Positions 9,489 to 19,292 are shown, counted from the stretch's first letter. The stretch is 36,958 bases of DNA from a virus (IMGVR_UViG_3300033463_000046); one strand, 5' to 3'. Notes: a model not told the origin generated them from the sequence alone. Numbers and translations: made by a program.

Positions 9489-9840
9489 GAAATATTATAA
9501 GAGCCTCTATGACATAGATGCAGAAGTAATCAAGAAGGAAGCAATGGAATATGCTGACAACGATGTACAAAGGGCTAAAGACTATATAGCAGGTTATTTG
9601 TCTTCTATTAAACAGCCACATACAAGAACTATCAGATTAGTTACTATGTATGTAATGGACTTTGTGCCTTATTTCCGTAAGCATCCAGATTCCCGAAATA
9701 TGGTTACTAGAATTAGAGATATATTTAGAGAAAAACGTTATCCAAAAGAATTATTTAATTCTGAGGATCCTTCAAAATCTGTAGACAATGAAGTACGTAA
9801 GGATAAGAGTATCAAGACTAGCGGAACTCCTGAGGAATGA
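9448..9840 (+). CDS. hypothetical protein
   Basis: 130 aa ORF in operon. Confidence 0.7.
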   Translation: MDTIELKKQREDLEKYYKSLYDIDAEVIKKEAMEYADNDVQRAKDYIAGYLSSIKQPHTRTIRLVTMYVMDFVPYFRKHPDSRNMVTRIRDIFREKRYPKELFNSEDPSKSVDNEVRKDKSIKTSGTPEE

Positions 9841-10000
9841 AATTAGACTACTAGCGTTAGAAGCTGGTGGTGTAGACAATTGGGATTGGTATGGTGATTG
9901 TTTCACTGAGGAAACTGATGAATTATTAGATGCAGATGATGAAGATTTAGTTAAATCAGAAGGTTTTACAATTCAGGATACTGACGATTTATTCGGATGA
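9788..10000 (+). CDS. small acidic phage protein
   Basis: 70 aa; LEAGGVDNWDWY motif recurrent in small phage proteins. Confidence 0.7.
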   Translation: MKYVRIRVSRLAELLRNEIRLLALEAGGVDNWDWYGDCFTEETDELLDADDEDLVKSEGFTIQDTDDLFG

Positions 10001-10398
10001 AAATTGAAATTTTACCTGTACAATCAGACGGACCATATTACACATTAACCACATATTACATGATAGGTGATGCTAATGGTGATATGCAATTTGACATTAG
10101 CTTTACGAAATTAAATCCTTCAATAATCAAATTGTTAACAGCTTTAGTTAAGTTGGGAAACTTTACGCCTAAGGGTCACTGGGGTTGGATATTTGATAAA
10201 GAACACTATGACTTAGCTATTGAAGCAGGCGTTCTTACCGAAGAAGACATAGAGGCTTTCAATATAGAAAATGAAGAACTTGAGTCTTGGGAAGTAATAA
10301 GAAGTGAAGGAGAAATGTACTGGTTATGTTATAAAGGTTATCAAGTAACTTATACAGATGAAACAGGACTAGAACATCCTTGTAAAGTGATACTATGA
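9997..10398 (+). CDS. hypothetical protein
   Basis: 133 aa, YMIGDANG motif, ATGA overlaps at both ends. Confidence 0.75.
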   Translation: MKIEILPVQSDGPYYTLTTYYMIGDANGDMQFDISFTKLNPSIIKLLTALVKLGNFTPKGHWGWIFDKEHYDLAIEAGVLTEEDIEAFNIENEELESWEVIRSEGEMYWLCYKGYQVTYTDETGLEHPCKVIL

Positions 10399-11057
10399 AA
10401 TTACTAATTATTCCTGACGTACACGGAAGAAGCTTTTGGGTGGAACCTTGCTCTCATATAGACGAATTTGATAAAGTAATTTTCTTGGGAGATTATCATG
10501 ACCCATATGGATATGAAGTGAGTCAAGATACTTCTCGTCATAGATTACGTGATGAATTAGTGCCATTTGTTCTCGAACATAGAGATAAATGCGTATGTTT
10601 ATTCGGAAATCATGATGGTAACTATCTAGTTGGAGATATGGCTGATAGAGTCGATTGGTTCCACAAGAAAGAAATTCGTCAATATTTAAAACAAATGGAT
10701 CTTAAATTGATTCATAGAGAAGGTAAATATTTATTTTCACACTCTGGAGTTCTTCCCAAGTGGTTGGCTTCCAACAACTTAACTTTAGAAGATCTAGAAA
10801 CCTTACCATTTGACCATCAAGCATTAATGAATGTTTCTCCTTATAGAGGAGGATGGTCGGAAGCAGGTAGTTGCATCTGGGGAGATGTACGAGAATATGC
10901 TGCTTCAGAACATATTCCGGATACCTATCAAATATTCGGACATACTCAATTAGCAGAGAATGCTATCATTGAGCCAGATTGGGCTGACCTTGATTGTAGG
11001 AAAGCTTTTATACTTTATGATTATGGAATAGAACCTTATGAAGAGGAAGTTCACTAA
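10395..11057 (+). CDS. calcineurin-like metallophosphoesterase
   Basis: PDVHG, LGDYHD, GNHD, FSHSG, FGHTQ motifs. Confidence 0.9.
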   Translation: MKLLIIPDVHGRSFWVEPCSHIDEFDKVIFLGDYHDPYGYEVSQDTSRHRLRDELVPFVLEHRDKCVCLFGNHDGNYLVGDMADRVDWFHKKEIRQYLKQMDLKLIHREGKYLFSHSGVLPKWLASNNLTLEDLETLPFDHQALMNVSPYRGGWSEAGSCIWGDVREYAASEHIPDTYQIFGHTQLAENAIIEPDWADLDCRKAFILYDYGIEPYEEEVH

Positions 11058-11433
11058 AATTGTTTGTATTTATACAGATGATAAGAATTATGTTCCAGCA
11101 AGATTTAATTGTCCTGACTTAACTATTGATGATGTAGTTCTCAACCTAACTACCAATCAGGAAGATAATTTTAATAAGACTGCTGAACTAATTGTAGATT
11201 ATGCATTTGCATTATTCTGTAGTAAAGCTAATCTAGCAGACTTTCCAATACATCCAGCTCAGTTTAAGAGAAGTAATTGGAGACTTTTAGATTTTGTAGA
11301 TTCTACTAAGGAACTTACTGCTCCTAGAACACAACAGATTGTAACATCTGCTGGTCCTTCTCAAGTAGAAACTCCAGCTAAACCAACTACTAAACCAATT
11401 GATAAAGATGGTAAAGATAGTAAACAAGGGTAA
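11038..11433 (+). CDS. hypothetical protein
   Basis: 131 aa with P/T/K-rich low-complexity tail. Confidence 0.7.
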   Translation: MKRKFTKIVCIYTDDKNYVPARFNCPDLTIDDVVLNLTTNQEDNFNKTAELIVDYAFALFCSKANLADFPIHPAQFKRSNWRLLDFVDSTKELTAPRTQQIVTSAGPSQVETPAKPTTKPIDKDGKDSKQG

Positions 11434-11839
11434 TCAGCCGCTACCTGAATATGCAACTCCTCAAAGTGCAGGAATGGATTTACGTGCCAATATAGATGAA
11501 CCTATAACTCTTGCACCATTAGAAAGAAAACTTATTCCTACGGGACTTCATATAGCTTTACCTAAAGGATATGAAGCACAGGTCCGCCCACGTAGCGGAT
11601 TAGCTTTAAAGAAAGGAATAACAGTATTAAATAGTCCAGGAACTGTTGATGCTGATTATAGAGGAGATGTAGGTGTAATTCTTATCAATCTTTCTAATGA
11701 ACCATTTGTAATAGAACCTGGTGAGAGAATAGCTCAGATGGTGGTTGGTAAATTTGAACAAGTTGAATGGGAATTAGTAGATAATTTAGATGAAACAGAA
11801 CGTGGTGACGGCGGATTCGGTCATAGTGGAGTAAAATGA
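11408..11839 (+). CDS. dut: trimeric dUTP pyrophosphatase
   Basis: All five motifs: [38 protein letters not shown] 11408 preferred over the TTG at 11399. Confidence 0.96.
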   Translation: MVKIVNKGNQPLPEYATPQSAGMDLRANIDEPITLAPLERKLIPTGLHIALPKGYEAQVRPRSGLALKKGITVLNSPGTVDADYRGDVGVILINLSNEPFVIEPGERIAQMVVGKFEQVEWELVDNLDETERGDGGFGHSGVK

Positions 11840-12117
11840 CACTAGAATACGTTAAGAACGATTACTTGCAACAGTTTAAAGATGCTGATTGTAAGTATAT
11901 CGTTTTAAAGATGGAAGACCTTATGAGTTCCATCGAAACCTGGGAAGAGTGGGAAGCTCTTCAAGATCTTTTAGATAAATACAATCATCATCGATGGAGC
12001 AAAGGTAAAGGAATTAATAAATACTTTGTTGCTAATCGAGATGAATTTCCAAAAATTAAGAATGGTGAAGAGTATAATGCTGCTCTTCGCTATCTTCATG
12101 ACAACTTATTAGGATGA
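11836..12117 (+). CDS. hypothetical phage protein
   Basis: 93 aa, KYIVLK...GK...YFV pattern; ATGA-coupled. Confidence 0.75.
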   Translation: MTLEYVKNDYLQQFKDADCKYIVLKMEDLMSSIETWEEWEALQDLLDKYNHHRWSKGKGINKYFVANRDEFPKIKNGEEYNAALRYLHDNLLG

Positions 12118-12803
12118 TTACATTTGAAAAATTTAAAGAAATTATTGTCAAGTACATTCGTTTCTCTCATATGGAGGAACAACTTCGTAAAATGAATATT
12201 GACATTGTAGAAACTCCTTTATTCTCTACTCCAGGTTATTATCTTGACTGGTTATGGGAAGCATATTTTGAGGAAGATGCTCAAGATACTATTGCTTGGT
12301 GGATGTTTGAGTATCATGAAATCGATGAGGACTTCGATAATGAAGGTAACTTCATAGGAGAAGAAATGAAACCAGGAATGTGGGATAAAGATGACAAAGT
12401 AATTCCTATGGTTACTATTGAAGACTTATGGAATGAGGTACAAGACCAGCGTAAAAAATTCGTTCAAAGTCCCAAGGAGGCTATGAAGGAAGTTATTACT
12501 GATATGGTTACAGCTCATTTAAAGAGTGCAGTAAAGCCTGCTAGTGTTGATACACTAAAGGATGCTACTGAGGAATATTGGGATAAACTTGTAGAGTTCT
12601 TTGATGATCCCAATAAGTTAGTTTGTGTAGATAATACTGACGAGGCTATCGCTGATATTATGACAACTTATCTAGATGATAAGACTCCTTACATATCAGA
12701 AGATGCTGAATCTTGTCATATTGAAGTCTTTTTAGATACTAAAGTTGGTACAGTACTCGTATTATCAGCTGATGATTACGAGTTGTATGTTTGGCAAGGA
12801 TGA
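12114..12803 (+). CDS. acidic hypothetical protein
   Basis: 229 aa, ATGA-coupled. Confidence 0.75.
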   Translation: MITFEKFKEIIVKYIRFSHMEEQLRKMNIDIVETPLFSTPGYYLDWLWEAYFEEDAQDTIAWWMFEYHEIDEDFDNEGNFIGEEMKPGMWDKDDKVIPMVTIEDLWNEVQDQRKKFVQSPKEAMKEVITDMVTAHLKSAVKPASVDTLKDATEEYWDKLVEFFDDPNKLVCVDNTDEAIADIMTTYLDDKTPYISEDAESCHIEVFLDTKVGTVLVLSADDYELYVWQG

Positions 12804-14038
12804 ATTCCGACGTTAAGGTATTAGTATCAAGAGACGCAAAAGGTAAGATACGAGTAGCAGAAATATCATACGATGGTAATGAAGCTACTCGTATTTATAC
12901 TATATATAGGTATACAGGTCAATATGAAGGCAAAATGACTCGACAACCTGACATATATGTTGATAGAGGTAAAGCTACTCGTAATATACATGAACAAGTA
13001 GAACTTCAATTCAATGCACTTGTTAAAGGTTATCGAGATAAAGGTTATATCGAATTAGAAAAAGAACTTGATGATTACAGTACTGAAGAGTTACATTCAC
13101 TGTTTGGTGACGCTCCTACTGGTTCCAATGGAGTTGTTAAACCAATGCTCGCAAAGCAGGCAGACAAAGTAACTAATACTAAGATATTTGATAAAACATG
13201 GGTAGCATCTCGGAAGATTGATGGACTTCGTTGTCTAATATTTATGGACGATAAAGGAGAACTTCATACAGCTTCCAGAGGTGGTTCTATTAATTACGAT
13301 GTTGGTATGTTCCAAATTCTTAATCATCCTATACTTATTAAAGTATTTAAGGAAATGAAAGAGAAATATCCTAATTTTATGCTAGATGGAGAAGCTTATC
13401 ATCATGGTTACACTCTTCAACAATTAAATTCATATGCTCGTAGTGTAAAGACTGCTAAGGATATGGATGTTCTTCAATTCTATTGGTATGATATAGTTGA
13501 CCAAAGTCGAATATTCATGGATAGAATGAGAATAATGGATATATTTGCTTCTAAATTAGATGTTGCTGGAGCACCAACTGTTTGGGAACCAGATAAGACA
13601 TTTAAAGATGGAGAACTCAGAATACAAAGAGTTCCTCAAGTTTATGTATCTGGTTGGGATAATATGATGAAACTTCACAACGAATATGTTTCAGAAGGTT
13701 GGGAAGGATTAGTTATTAGAGACCCTGAGAGACCTTATAAACCTAATGGTCGTACTAATGATATGATTAAAATTAAAGTTTATAAGGATGATTGCTTTAA
13801 AGTTGTAGGTAAAGAAGCAGGTCTTCGCGGAAGTGAAGATATGGTCTTTATTATGCAAATGCCAGATGGTAGAACATTTAAAGCAAAGCCATTCGGAGAT
13901 AGAGAGCAAAAACAAGAATATTGGATTAACTTTGAAGAGAAATATAATGGTCATATAGGAGAATGTAAGTTCTTCTATTATAGTGATGATGGTATTCCTC
14001 TTCAACCAGCATTTAAAGCATTTAGGGATGACTTATAG
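12800..14038 (+). CDS. ATP-dependent DNA ligase with N-terminal extension
   Basis: Motif I RKIDGLRC, LDGEAY, YWYD, EGWEGLVIR, MIKIK, OB-fold tail ending GIPLQP. Ends in TAG; TAA follows 2 codons later. Confidence 0.9.
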   Translation: MNSDVKVLVSRDAKGKIRVAEISYDGNEATRIYTIYRYTGQYEGKMTRQPDIYVDRGKATRNIHEQVELQFNALVKGYRDKGYIELEKELDDYSTEELHSLFGDAPTGSNGVVKPMLAKQADKVTNTKIFDKTWVASRKIDGLRCLIFMDDKGELHTASRGGSINYDVGMFQILNHPILIKVFKEMKEKYPNFMLDGEAYHHGYTLQQLNSYARSVKTAKDMDVLQFYWYDIVDQSRIFMDRMRIMDIFASKLDVAGAPTVWEPDKTFKDGELRIQRVPQVYVSGWDNMMKLHNEYVSEGWEGLVIRDPERPYKPNGRTNDMIKIKVYKDDCFKVVGKEAGLRGSEDMVFIMQMPDGRTFKAKPFGDREQKQEYWINFEEKYNGHIGECKFFYYSDDGIPLQPAFKAFRDDL

Positions 14039-14222
14039 AGTTAATGTAGACCAAGTAGTACGTTACATGGTTACATATGAATTTCAAACAGAAGATGATC
14101 CACAAGAAGTATTAGAAGATATGATTGCTCGTGGTGATTATTCTGAATTAGAAGAGATAGATGCGGACGAAATAGAAATTCGTGATTTTGATATTTTAAA
14201 TATTGAAGAAGTCGATGACTGA
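14028..14222 (+). CDS. small acidic protein (paralog 1 of 'GDY' trio)
   Basis: ATG 14028 preferred over 13983: MTYRVNV...ARGDYSELEE... Confidence 0.75.
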   Translation: MTYRVNVDQVVRYMVTYEFQTEDDPQEVLEDMIARGDYSELEEIDADEIEIRDFDILNIEEVDD

Positions 14223-14355
14223 ACAAGAAGTAATTCGGAAAAGAGAAGCGGCTTATGAAAAAGCTGTTAATGCTCTTATAGAATTGGTTAATGCGATAAC
14301 CAATGAAAGAGATTTCTATAAGAATAAATGTGAAAATGATATTCGAGGATTATGA
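14215..14355 (+). CDS. small helical protein (46 aa), missed by ORF track
   Basis: MTEQEVIRKREAAYEKAVNALIELVNAITNERDFYKNKCENDIRGL; fills the gap, ATGA overlap with next gene. Confidence 0.65.
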   Translation: MTEQEVIRKREAAYEKAVNALIELVNAITNERDFYKNKCENDIRGL

Positions 14356-14648
14356 AAAATACTGTAACACCTGAACAGGTTAAAGAAAACATGCAAGACG
14401 TTATTGTTCGTACTCTTGTCGACTTTGGTAAGCCTACAACTTATGTAACAATACGAATGAAAAACGGTTTCACTCTTCGTGAATCTACTACTTGTGTAGA
14501 TCCAAAGAACTATGACGAAGAGATTGGGAAGGAAATCTGTCTTAAAAGACTTGAAGATAAAGTATGGTTCCTACTTGGTTATCAACTACAGGAAGAGTTA
14601 TATATCGACCAGTTGTTAGCAGAACATGAATTAAGTGATGATATATGA
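14352..14648 (+). CDS. phage N4 gp49/Sf6 gp66-like protein
   Basis: TTYVTIRMKNGFTL..STTCVDPKNYDEEIGKEICLKRLEDKVWFLLGYQLQ matches my recollection of the Phage_gp49_66 pattern. Confidence 0.8.
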   Translation: MKNTVTPEQVKENMQDVIVRTLVDFGKPTTYVTIRMKNGFTLRESTTCVDPKNYDEEIGKEICLKRLEDKVWFLLGYQLQEELYIDQLLAEHELSDDI

Positions 14649-14826
14649 AGTAACACTCCACAGAGTTGTGGAACATGAAACCATTTACATAGTCGATGCA
14701 GATTCTCCAGAAGAAGCTGAAGAAATGGTATTACATGGAGACTATGATGAAATAGTTGAAGACTCCGAACAAGGAGAAATGGAAGATCCTGAAGTAATTG
14801 ATGTAGTAGAACAAGTAGCAGTATGA
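14638..14826 (+). CDS. small acidic protein (paralog 2 of 'GDY' trio)
   Basis: 62 aa, 21 D/E, one R and no K; VDADSPEEAEEMVLHGDY. Confidence 0.8.
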   Translation: MIYEVTLHRVVEHETIYIVDADSPEEAEEMVLHGDYDEIVEDSEQGEMEDPEVIDVVEQVAV

Positions 14827-15023
14827 AGTATTTGATTGAATTTTTTGAAAAAGCTACCGTTAGAAGACTTGTTCAGTGTGAAGTTGAAGCTAATGATGAA
14901 CAAGAGGCTGAGAAAAAGGTAAAAGACGGTGACTATGAGTTTATAGATAGTTGGGATGAAGATGAGGAAGGTGCAGAATTCATCGGAATTGAAAATATAG
15001 AAGAGGCTCCAGATGAGGACTAA
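14823..15023 (+). CDS. small acidic protein (paralog 3 of 'GDY' trio)
   Basis: 66 aa; VEANDEQEAEKKVKDGDY. Confidence 0.8.
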   Translation: MKYLIEFFEKATVRRLVQCEVEANDEQEAEKKVKDGDYEFIDSWDEDEEGAEFIGIENIEEAPDED

Positions 15024-15144
15024 TTGCTATCATTGTGGATACTTCCGTGAGGAGGAAAGACCTGACGGGAGTATCCGTAACTATTGTAATGATAGAGATT
15101 GTACAGTAGACCCTTATGAACCGGACTGCAATGACGAAGGCTGA
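15013..15144 (+). CDS. small Cys-rich putative metal-binding protein (43 aa), missed by ORF track
   Basis: MRTNCYHCGYFREEERPDGSIRNYCNDRDCTVDPYEPDCNDEG; CxxC plus three more Cys; fills the gap. Confidence 0.6.
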   Translation: MRTNCYHCGYFREEERPDGSIRNYCNDRDCTVDPYEPDCNDEG

Positions 15145-15529
15145 ACAACTTTTATCTGATATTCTTAAAAAGCGTGAAGCTGATAGAGAAGAATTTAAGA
15201 AAGAAATCCAAGCATTGGTAAATGAAGAAGAAATATCTTACGCTGATGCTATTAAGTTAATGGAAGAATCTCGTTTATTTGAAATTCATCCATTTATCTT
15301 AGGAAATCATACAAATTCTCAAATTGATATATTATTTGATGAGTATGACGAGGATTTTGAAGATAGATATGCAACTATTCGTTTTACTGATATTTCTGAT
15401 TGGATAGAGTGGAGCGAAGGAGAGGTTGAAGAAGCATTAGATGCTGCAGGAGTTACTGAAGATCCGTTTAAATTACTATATGATTATGCTATGAAAACTA
15501 ATTATATAGGTTATAAATTTGATTGGTGA
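15116..15529 (+). CDS. acidic hypothetical protein
   Basis: 137 aa (alternative ATG at 15131). Confidence 0.75.
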   Translation: MNRTAMTKAEQLLSDILKKREADREEFKKEIQALVNEEEISYADAIKLMEESRLFEIHPFILGNHTNSQIDILFDEYDEDFEDRYATIRFTDISDWIEWSEGEVEEALDAAGVTEDPFKLLYDYAMKTNYIGYKFDW

Positions 15530-15843
15530 TGAAAGCAGAAGAAATGTCTAAAGTATTAGCTGATGCAGTTGATATATACGGAACAGAAGCCCAAATCTGG
15601 ATGATGATGGAGGAAATGTCCGAATTAGGAAATGCAATAGCTAAATATCAAAGAGGAAGGGTAACCGAAGAAGATGTTTGTGAAGAGATAGCTGATGTAA
15701 TAATTATGTGCTTTCAAATGGCAGCTATATTTGGTTCCGAAGAAGTGAATGAAATACTAGATGCTAAGATGGAAAGATTAAAGAAAAGACTTGAGAAGCA
15801 TCATGTTACAGACAGTAAGACAAACGTGGCAGGAGAGGTATGA
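15523..15843 (+). CDS. MazG-like nucleoside triphosphate pyrophosphohydrolase
   Basis: MMEEMSEL...EEIADV (EExxE...EExxD) motif. Confidence 0.85.
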   Translation: MVMKAEEMSKVLADAVDIYGTEAQIWMMMEEMSELGNAIAKYQRGRVTEEDVCEEIADVIIMCFQMAAIFGSEEVNEILDAKMERLKKRLEKHHVTDSKTNVAGEV

Positions 15844-15988
15844 TATGTATATGCAACTACCTAAAGAACAATTAGCTACTATGCTTGCTGAGCAAAGTAA
15901 ATGGTTGTTTCCAGATAGTTGTGCAGAGTTTGCTCCTGTAGAAAATATAGATGTTCGATATTATACAACAAGTAGTTATAAATTATGA
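15803..15988 (+). CDS. small hypothetical protein
   Basis: MLQTVRQTWQERYDMYMQLPKEQLATMLAE; ATG 15803, TGA overlaps next ATG. Confidence 0.6.
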   Translation: MLQTVRQTWQERYDMYMQLPKEQLATMLAEQSKWLFPDSCAEFAPVENIDVRYYTTSSYKL

Positions 15989-16665
15989 AAGAGAATTTTA
16001 TTCACGTATGTTTTGTGATTGACTCTAGTGGGTCAATGTGTGGTTCTGAAGCAGATGTAATCGGCGGATTCAAAAGAGTGGTGGATGAACAGAAGGCTAA
16101 TGAAAATGGTAGCTGTGCAGTTACTGTAATTGATTTTAATAGTATTCCAGAAGTAGTATGTGTTGGTAGAGATGTAAAAGATATCGATTCTGAACTTAAC
16201 TATACAGTAGGTGGTGGAACTGCATTGTTTGATGCAATTGCTTTGGGAATCGATAAGACTCATAATTATAATATGTCTCTCGATAACGCTGAAAGACCTG
16301 AGAAGACTATGGTTGTAATTATGACCGATGGTGGTGAGAATTGCTCTCGCAATTTCTCAGGAAGTGCAGTAAGGAATAAGATTAAAGAAATGGAAACTGA
16401 GTTTGGTTGGTCATTTGTATATCTTGGAGCTGATCTAACTAACGTTCATGATGCTGATACTCTAGGTATTAAGACGCGTGGTGTATCAACTAAGGGTATG
16501 ATGGCTTCTAACTATGATGTTATTAATTCAACCGTAAATGTATTCCGTTGTGCATCTGGTACAACTGAAATGAAGTATGCTACTATGGATAGCTTTATGG
16601 AGAATTCTGTAGAAACTCTTAACTCTAACTATGAAACTTCTACAGGTATTAAAATTAATCAATGA
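15985..16665 (+). CDS. von Willebrand factor A (vWA) domain protein
   Basis: MIDAS motif VIDSSGSM, GGTALFDAI, VIMTDGGEN. Confidence 0.9.
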   Translation: MKENFIHVCFVIDSSGSMCGSEADVIGGFKRVVDEQKANENGSCAVTVIDFNSIPEVVCVGRDVKDIDSELNYTVGGGTALFDAIALGIDKTHNYNMSLDNAERPEKTMVVIMTDGGENCSRNFSGSAVRNKIKEMETEFGWSFVYLGADLTNVHDADTLGIKTRGVSTKGMMASNYDVINSTVNVFRCASGTTEMKYATMDSFMENSVETLNSNYETSTGIKINQ

Positions 16666-18098
16666 ATTTAGGAAAAAGTAAAAAGGCTAATGTTAATTAC
16701 TTAGCCAAAATTGTGAACATTAAGGAGTTTACTCCTCACCCAAAGCCTACTGTGGAGCGTTTAAAGTGCGCCACAGTAGACGGGTTCACAATTCTTGTAG
16801 GAATTAATTCTGAGCCTGGATTGTATGTTTACTTTCCAGCAGGGTGTAAGATTAACCCACAATTTTTAAGCTATAATAATCTATTCAGACATGGAGAATT
16901 AAATGCTAACCCAAATGAAACCGGAATGTTTGATGATAATGGTAGAGTTAAAGCAATCAAATTGCAAGACGTTATTTCAGAAGGTTTCTTATTACCAGCA
17001 GTAATGTTATCAAATTTCATTACTTCTGTTACAAACAAAGACATAGAGATTAAAGATGGTACTGAATTCGATGCAGTACTAGACGGAGATAAAGAATTTT
17101 GGATTAACAAGAAATATGTAGTCCATGAAAACAGTCACAACCAAGGAAGTGGATCAAAACAAAAGAAGAAAGTTAAGGGTATCAACAGAGTTCTCGACGA
17201 TCAGTTTAGATTCCATTACGACACAGTTATTATTAAGAAGTGTCCTTACGTAATAACTCCTGACAGTTGGATTCATATCTCAAGTAAAGTTCATGGTACA
17301 TCAGGTATTTCTGCGTATGTTCAATGTAAAAAGATTAATACGAAGCATGATAAGGTTATTGAGTGGATGTGGCAAAACATTCTTAATAAGTGTATTGTCA
17401 ATCCTATTAATAAATTATTAAAGAAACCTACTTATGAATTCTCATTAACCGATAGGATATATGATTATTTATATGCTTCTCGTACCGTAATTAAAAATCA
17501 AAATTATAATCCTAATGTAACTCCAGGTTTCTATGGATTTGATATTTGGGAAGAGGCTGATAAGATTATCAGACCTAAACTTGAGAAAGGTATGACAGCA
17601 TATTATGAAATCTTAGGTTATCTCCCTGGATATCGATATATTCAAAAAGGTTATGATTATGGATATGTTCCTGATGTATCTGATAAACAACCTTATCAAT
17701 ATGGTAGAAACTTTGGAATTAGAATTTATAGACTAACCTATACCAATGTAGACGGAAAAGTATTTGAATTCTCTCCAAGAGAGGTTCAGATATGGTCAAA
17801 AGAACATGATTTAATTCCAGTAACAGAATTGTATTATGGTAAGGCACGTGATTTATATCCTGATCTCGATCCCGATGTACATTTTAGTGAGAACTTCATT
17901 GATCGTTTATCAAATGACAAGAACTTTTATATGGAGCTTGATTCTCCTGACTGTACCAACAAGGTTCCTCATGAAGGATTAGTAATTAAGATTGACAATA
18001 TGAAGCCAGCAGCTTTCAAATTGAAATGTTTTAGATTCTTAAATAAAGAACAACAAGCTCTTGATAAGGGTGAATCTAACATTGAAGACGAAGCATGA
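16662..18098 (+). CDS. ATP-dependent RNA ligase (Rnl2 / DRB0094-like, with N-terminal OB-like module)
   Basis: SSKVHGTS (KxHG motif I), YYEILG, EGLVIK, FKLKC; N-terminal AKIVNIKEFTPHP...LK.ATVDG...YVYFP as in DRB0094-type ligases. Confidence 0.8.
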   Translation: MNLGKSKKANVNYLAKIVNIKEFTPHPKPTVERLKCATVDGFTILVGINSEPGLYVYFPAGCKINPQFLSYNNLFRHGELNANPNETGMFDDNGRVKAIKLQDVISEGFLLPAVMLSNFITSVTNKDIEIKDGTEFDAVLDGDKEFWINKKYVVHENSHNQGSGSKQKKKVKGINRVLDDQFRFHYDTVIIKKCPYVITPDSWIHISSKVHGTSGISAYVQCKKINTKHDKVIEWMWQNILNKCIVNPINKLLKKPTYEFSLTDRIYDYLYASRTVIKNQNYNPNVTPGFYGFDIWEEADKIIRPKLEKGMTAYYEILGYLPGYRYIQKGYDYGYVPDVSDKQPYQYGRNFGIRIYRLTYTNVDGKVFEFSPREVQIWSKEHDLIPVTELYYGKARDLYPDLDPDVHFSENFIDRLSNDKNFYMELDSPDCTNKVPHEGLVIKIDNMKPAAFKLKCFRFLNKEQQALDKGESNIEDEA

Positions 18099-18493
18099 AA
18101 CACTATTTAATTAAATGTTCGAAGGATTGGGCAGATGAATGTGATGTACACTTTCTCGAAACTTTCGATGAGGCTGTGCATAACAGATATATGATTTGCA
18201 AAGATGTTCTAAAAAATTGGTATGATTCATACTATTTCGGAACAAACGAAGGTTGGGAAGATGGCGACTTTGACTACTTAGACTTTACACCAATTGAACT
18301 TTCTGACTCTGAGTATAGAGTATTTAAGAAGTTCAATATTCATGGAGAAACAATTATGCAAGATTTCTTCTGGAATCTACATGATTGTTTAGTAGACGAA
18401 GGAATAATCAAAGAAGATGATGACTTATTTGAAATGTCTGAGGAAGAGTTTAAGAAAGCTGTAGAAAGTTATGCGAGTATGCTTAATGAGTGA
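18095..18493 (+). CDS. acidic hypothetical protein (WADE/FGTNE paralog A)
   Basis: 132 aa; DWADECDVHF and YFGTNE motifs shared with 20962..21279. Confidence 0.75.
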   Translation: MKHYLIKCSKDWADECDVHFLETFDEAVHNRYMICKDVLKNWYDSYYFGTNEGWEDGDFDYLDFTPIELSDSEYRVFKKFNIHGETIMQDFFWNLHDCLVDEGIIKEDDDLFEMSEEEFKKAVESYASMLNE

Positions 18494-19172
18494 TTTGCAT
18501 GGCGAATTACCTGAAGCACATGATATTGCAGAAATTACTTTAATATGTGGGGATATAGTTCCGTTAAGAATTCAGCGGAACATTCCTCAGTCTAAGAAAT
18601 GGGTTAAAACCGAATTCCTTTATTGGGCTAAGAACTGGCCAGGTGAGAGAATATATTTTATAGCAGGAAATCATGACTTTGTATTTGATGGTCATTGGAC
18701 ATCTAGCGATACTATAGAACTTTATACATTATCTGATGGAAAAGTTCAGTATATGAATGGAGAAGAGACCAAACATTATACAAGTAATGATGGACAAGTA
18801 TATAAAATATATGGAACACCTTACTGTCATATATTCGGAAATTGGGCATTTATGAGAGAAGACACTCTCTTAAAAATGTACTATGATAAAATACCATTTG
18901 ACTGTGATATAGTATTTTCTCATGATGCTGCTGACATTAATGATTTAGGATTAGTTCCACCAAATGCTTGGCATCCAACATCTTCTGAAAATGCTGGCAA
19001 TAAAGTTCTCGCAGAAGCTATAATATATAAAGAACCAAAGTATTATTTCTGTGGTCATATTCATGAAGGTAATCACCTTGTAACTAAGATAAATAATACG
19101 ACTATGGCTAATGTTTCATTACTAAATGATCAGTATAGGATGGTCTATGAGCCTCTTTATCTTGATATTTAA
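18471..19172 (+). CDS. calcineurin-like metallophosphoesterase
   Basis: SDLHG, CGD, AGNHD, FSHD, CGHIHE motifs. Confidence 0.9.
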   Translation: MRVCLMSDLHGELPEAHDIAEITLICGDIVPLRIQRNIPQSKKWVKTEFLYWAKNWPGERIYFIAGNHDFVFDGHWTSSDTIELYTLSDGKVQYMNGEETKHYTSNDGQVYKIYGTPYCHIFGNWAFMREDTLLKMYYDKIPFDCDIVFSHDAADINDLGLVPPNAWHPTSSENAGNKVLAEAIIYKEPKYYFCGHIHEGNHLVTKINNTTMANVSLLNDQYRMVYEPLYLDI

Positions 19173-19292
19173 TTCTTTAACACTTTTTATATTGGTAATT
19201 TATCTTTATAAGAGTACATTACAAGATGAGAATAATTTAATAGATATTTATGGTAGTAGATTTTTATTTTGAATTTAGTAACGTTACAAACT

